A stretch of DNA of 44,138 bases, from sequence record MN927226.1, one strand, 5' to 3'. This document shows positions 43,784 through 44,138 of the stretch, in pieces. How positions within the stretch are numbered: the stretch's first letter is position 1; every line of letters starts with the position of its first letter. Source of the stretch: Escherichia phage vB_EcoS_XY2. Under the pieces are notes generated by a model. The model did no database searches. It worked only from the letters and a program-made list of their open reading frames with translations, and was not told the origin of the DNA. A program made the position numbers and the translations under genes.

Positions 43784-43869
43784 TACTCCACCCCTTCCAC
43801 ATGTGTAACTGACCCACAGTTCGCGCACTCGACGTAATCAGGGTACTGGTCTTTGTATTTCTGTAGCTC
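43781..43869. repeat. 89-bp direct repeat, copy 2 (copy 1 at 39..127)
   Basis: Exact 89-nt identity read directly; covers 3' end of a paralog plus start codon of next gene. Confidence 0.9.
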
Positions 43870-44052
43870 GGCGTTTACTTCTGCCAGTCTCGACACAAGC
43901 CCTTCTATTTCCTTGTCGGCGTCGGCTAGACGTTCCTGGTAATAGTCGTCCAGTTCCTTATAGCTGTCGTACTCTACATAATCGCCGTATGCGTACTCAG
44001 CCATCTCAGGCTCTGGCAGGCCCCACGCTTTTACCTCATATCTCTGTACCAT
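43783..44052 (-). CDS. small early protein (89 aa), tandem paralog of CDS 41..223
   Basis: MVQRYEVKAWGL...CANCGSVTHVEGVE; shares N-terminal MVQRY and identical C-terminal 29 aa with the 41..223 product. Confidence 0.6.
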   Translation of the reverse strand: MVQRYEVKAWGLPEPEMAEYAYGDYVEYDSYKELDDYYQERLADADKEIEGLVSRLAEVNAELQKYKDQYPDYVECANCGSVTHVEGVE

Positions 44053-44138
44053 TACTCCACCCCTTCCACATGTGTAACTGACCCACAGTTCGCGCACTCG
44101 ACGTAATCAGGGTACTGGTCTTTGTATTTCTGTAGCTC
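44012..44138. repeat. 127-bp terminal redundancy identical to positions 1..127
   Basis: Exact identity of window ends; runs through coding sequence. Confidence 0.95.

Noticed and set aside
43490-43828. N-terminal extension MRELWVSYTCGRGGVM reported by the ORF track on 43490..43828, 43783..44097 and as MIM on 41..229
   Set aside because: Caused by reading back through the 89-bp repeat in another frame; true starts are the ATGs preceded by GGAG-type RBS at 43783, 44052 and 223.
1-44138. Integrase/lysogeny module or CRISPR array
   Set aside because: No tyrosine or serine recombinase-like ORF and no regularly spaced direct repeats seen anywhere; the genome appears lytic.

Overview
The window is essentially one complete tailed-phage genome of about 44.0 kb, assembled as a circle: bases 1-127 recur exactly at 44012-44138. 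The plus strand carries a replication and DNA-metabolism module (2908-15079): HTH protein, primase-helicase, PD-(D/E)XK nuclease, SSB-like protein, family-A DNA polymerase, HNH endonuclease, VRR-NUC nuclease, C5-cytosine methyltransferase, SNF2 helicase. Nearly everything else is on the minus strand: early micro-genes, an HslV-like peptidase, holin and endolysin, terminase, portal, capsid, overlapping spanins, a siphovirus-type tail module with a G/G-T frameshift site and tape measure, and a tailspike. Two plus-strand islands interrupt the minus-strand late operon, each with the same early-type promoter and its own terminator. The most striking is 34376-34897, a half-length homolog of the bacterial beta sliding clamp (DnaN) that keeps the three segments forming the clamp's protein-binding cleft. 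The second island (25391-27140) encodes a secreted protein, an HTH-fused metallophosphoesterase and a small protein. No integrase, tRNA or CRISPR array was found. All calls rest on reading the sequence and the ORF track and on motifs recalled from memory; no database search was run. Many short unannotated ORFs remain uncalled.
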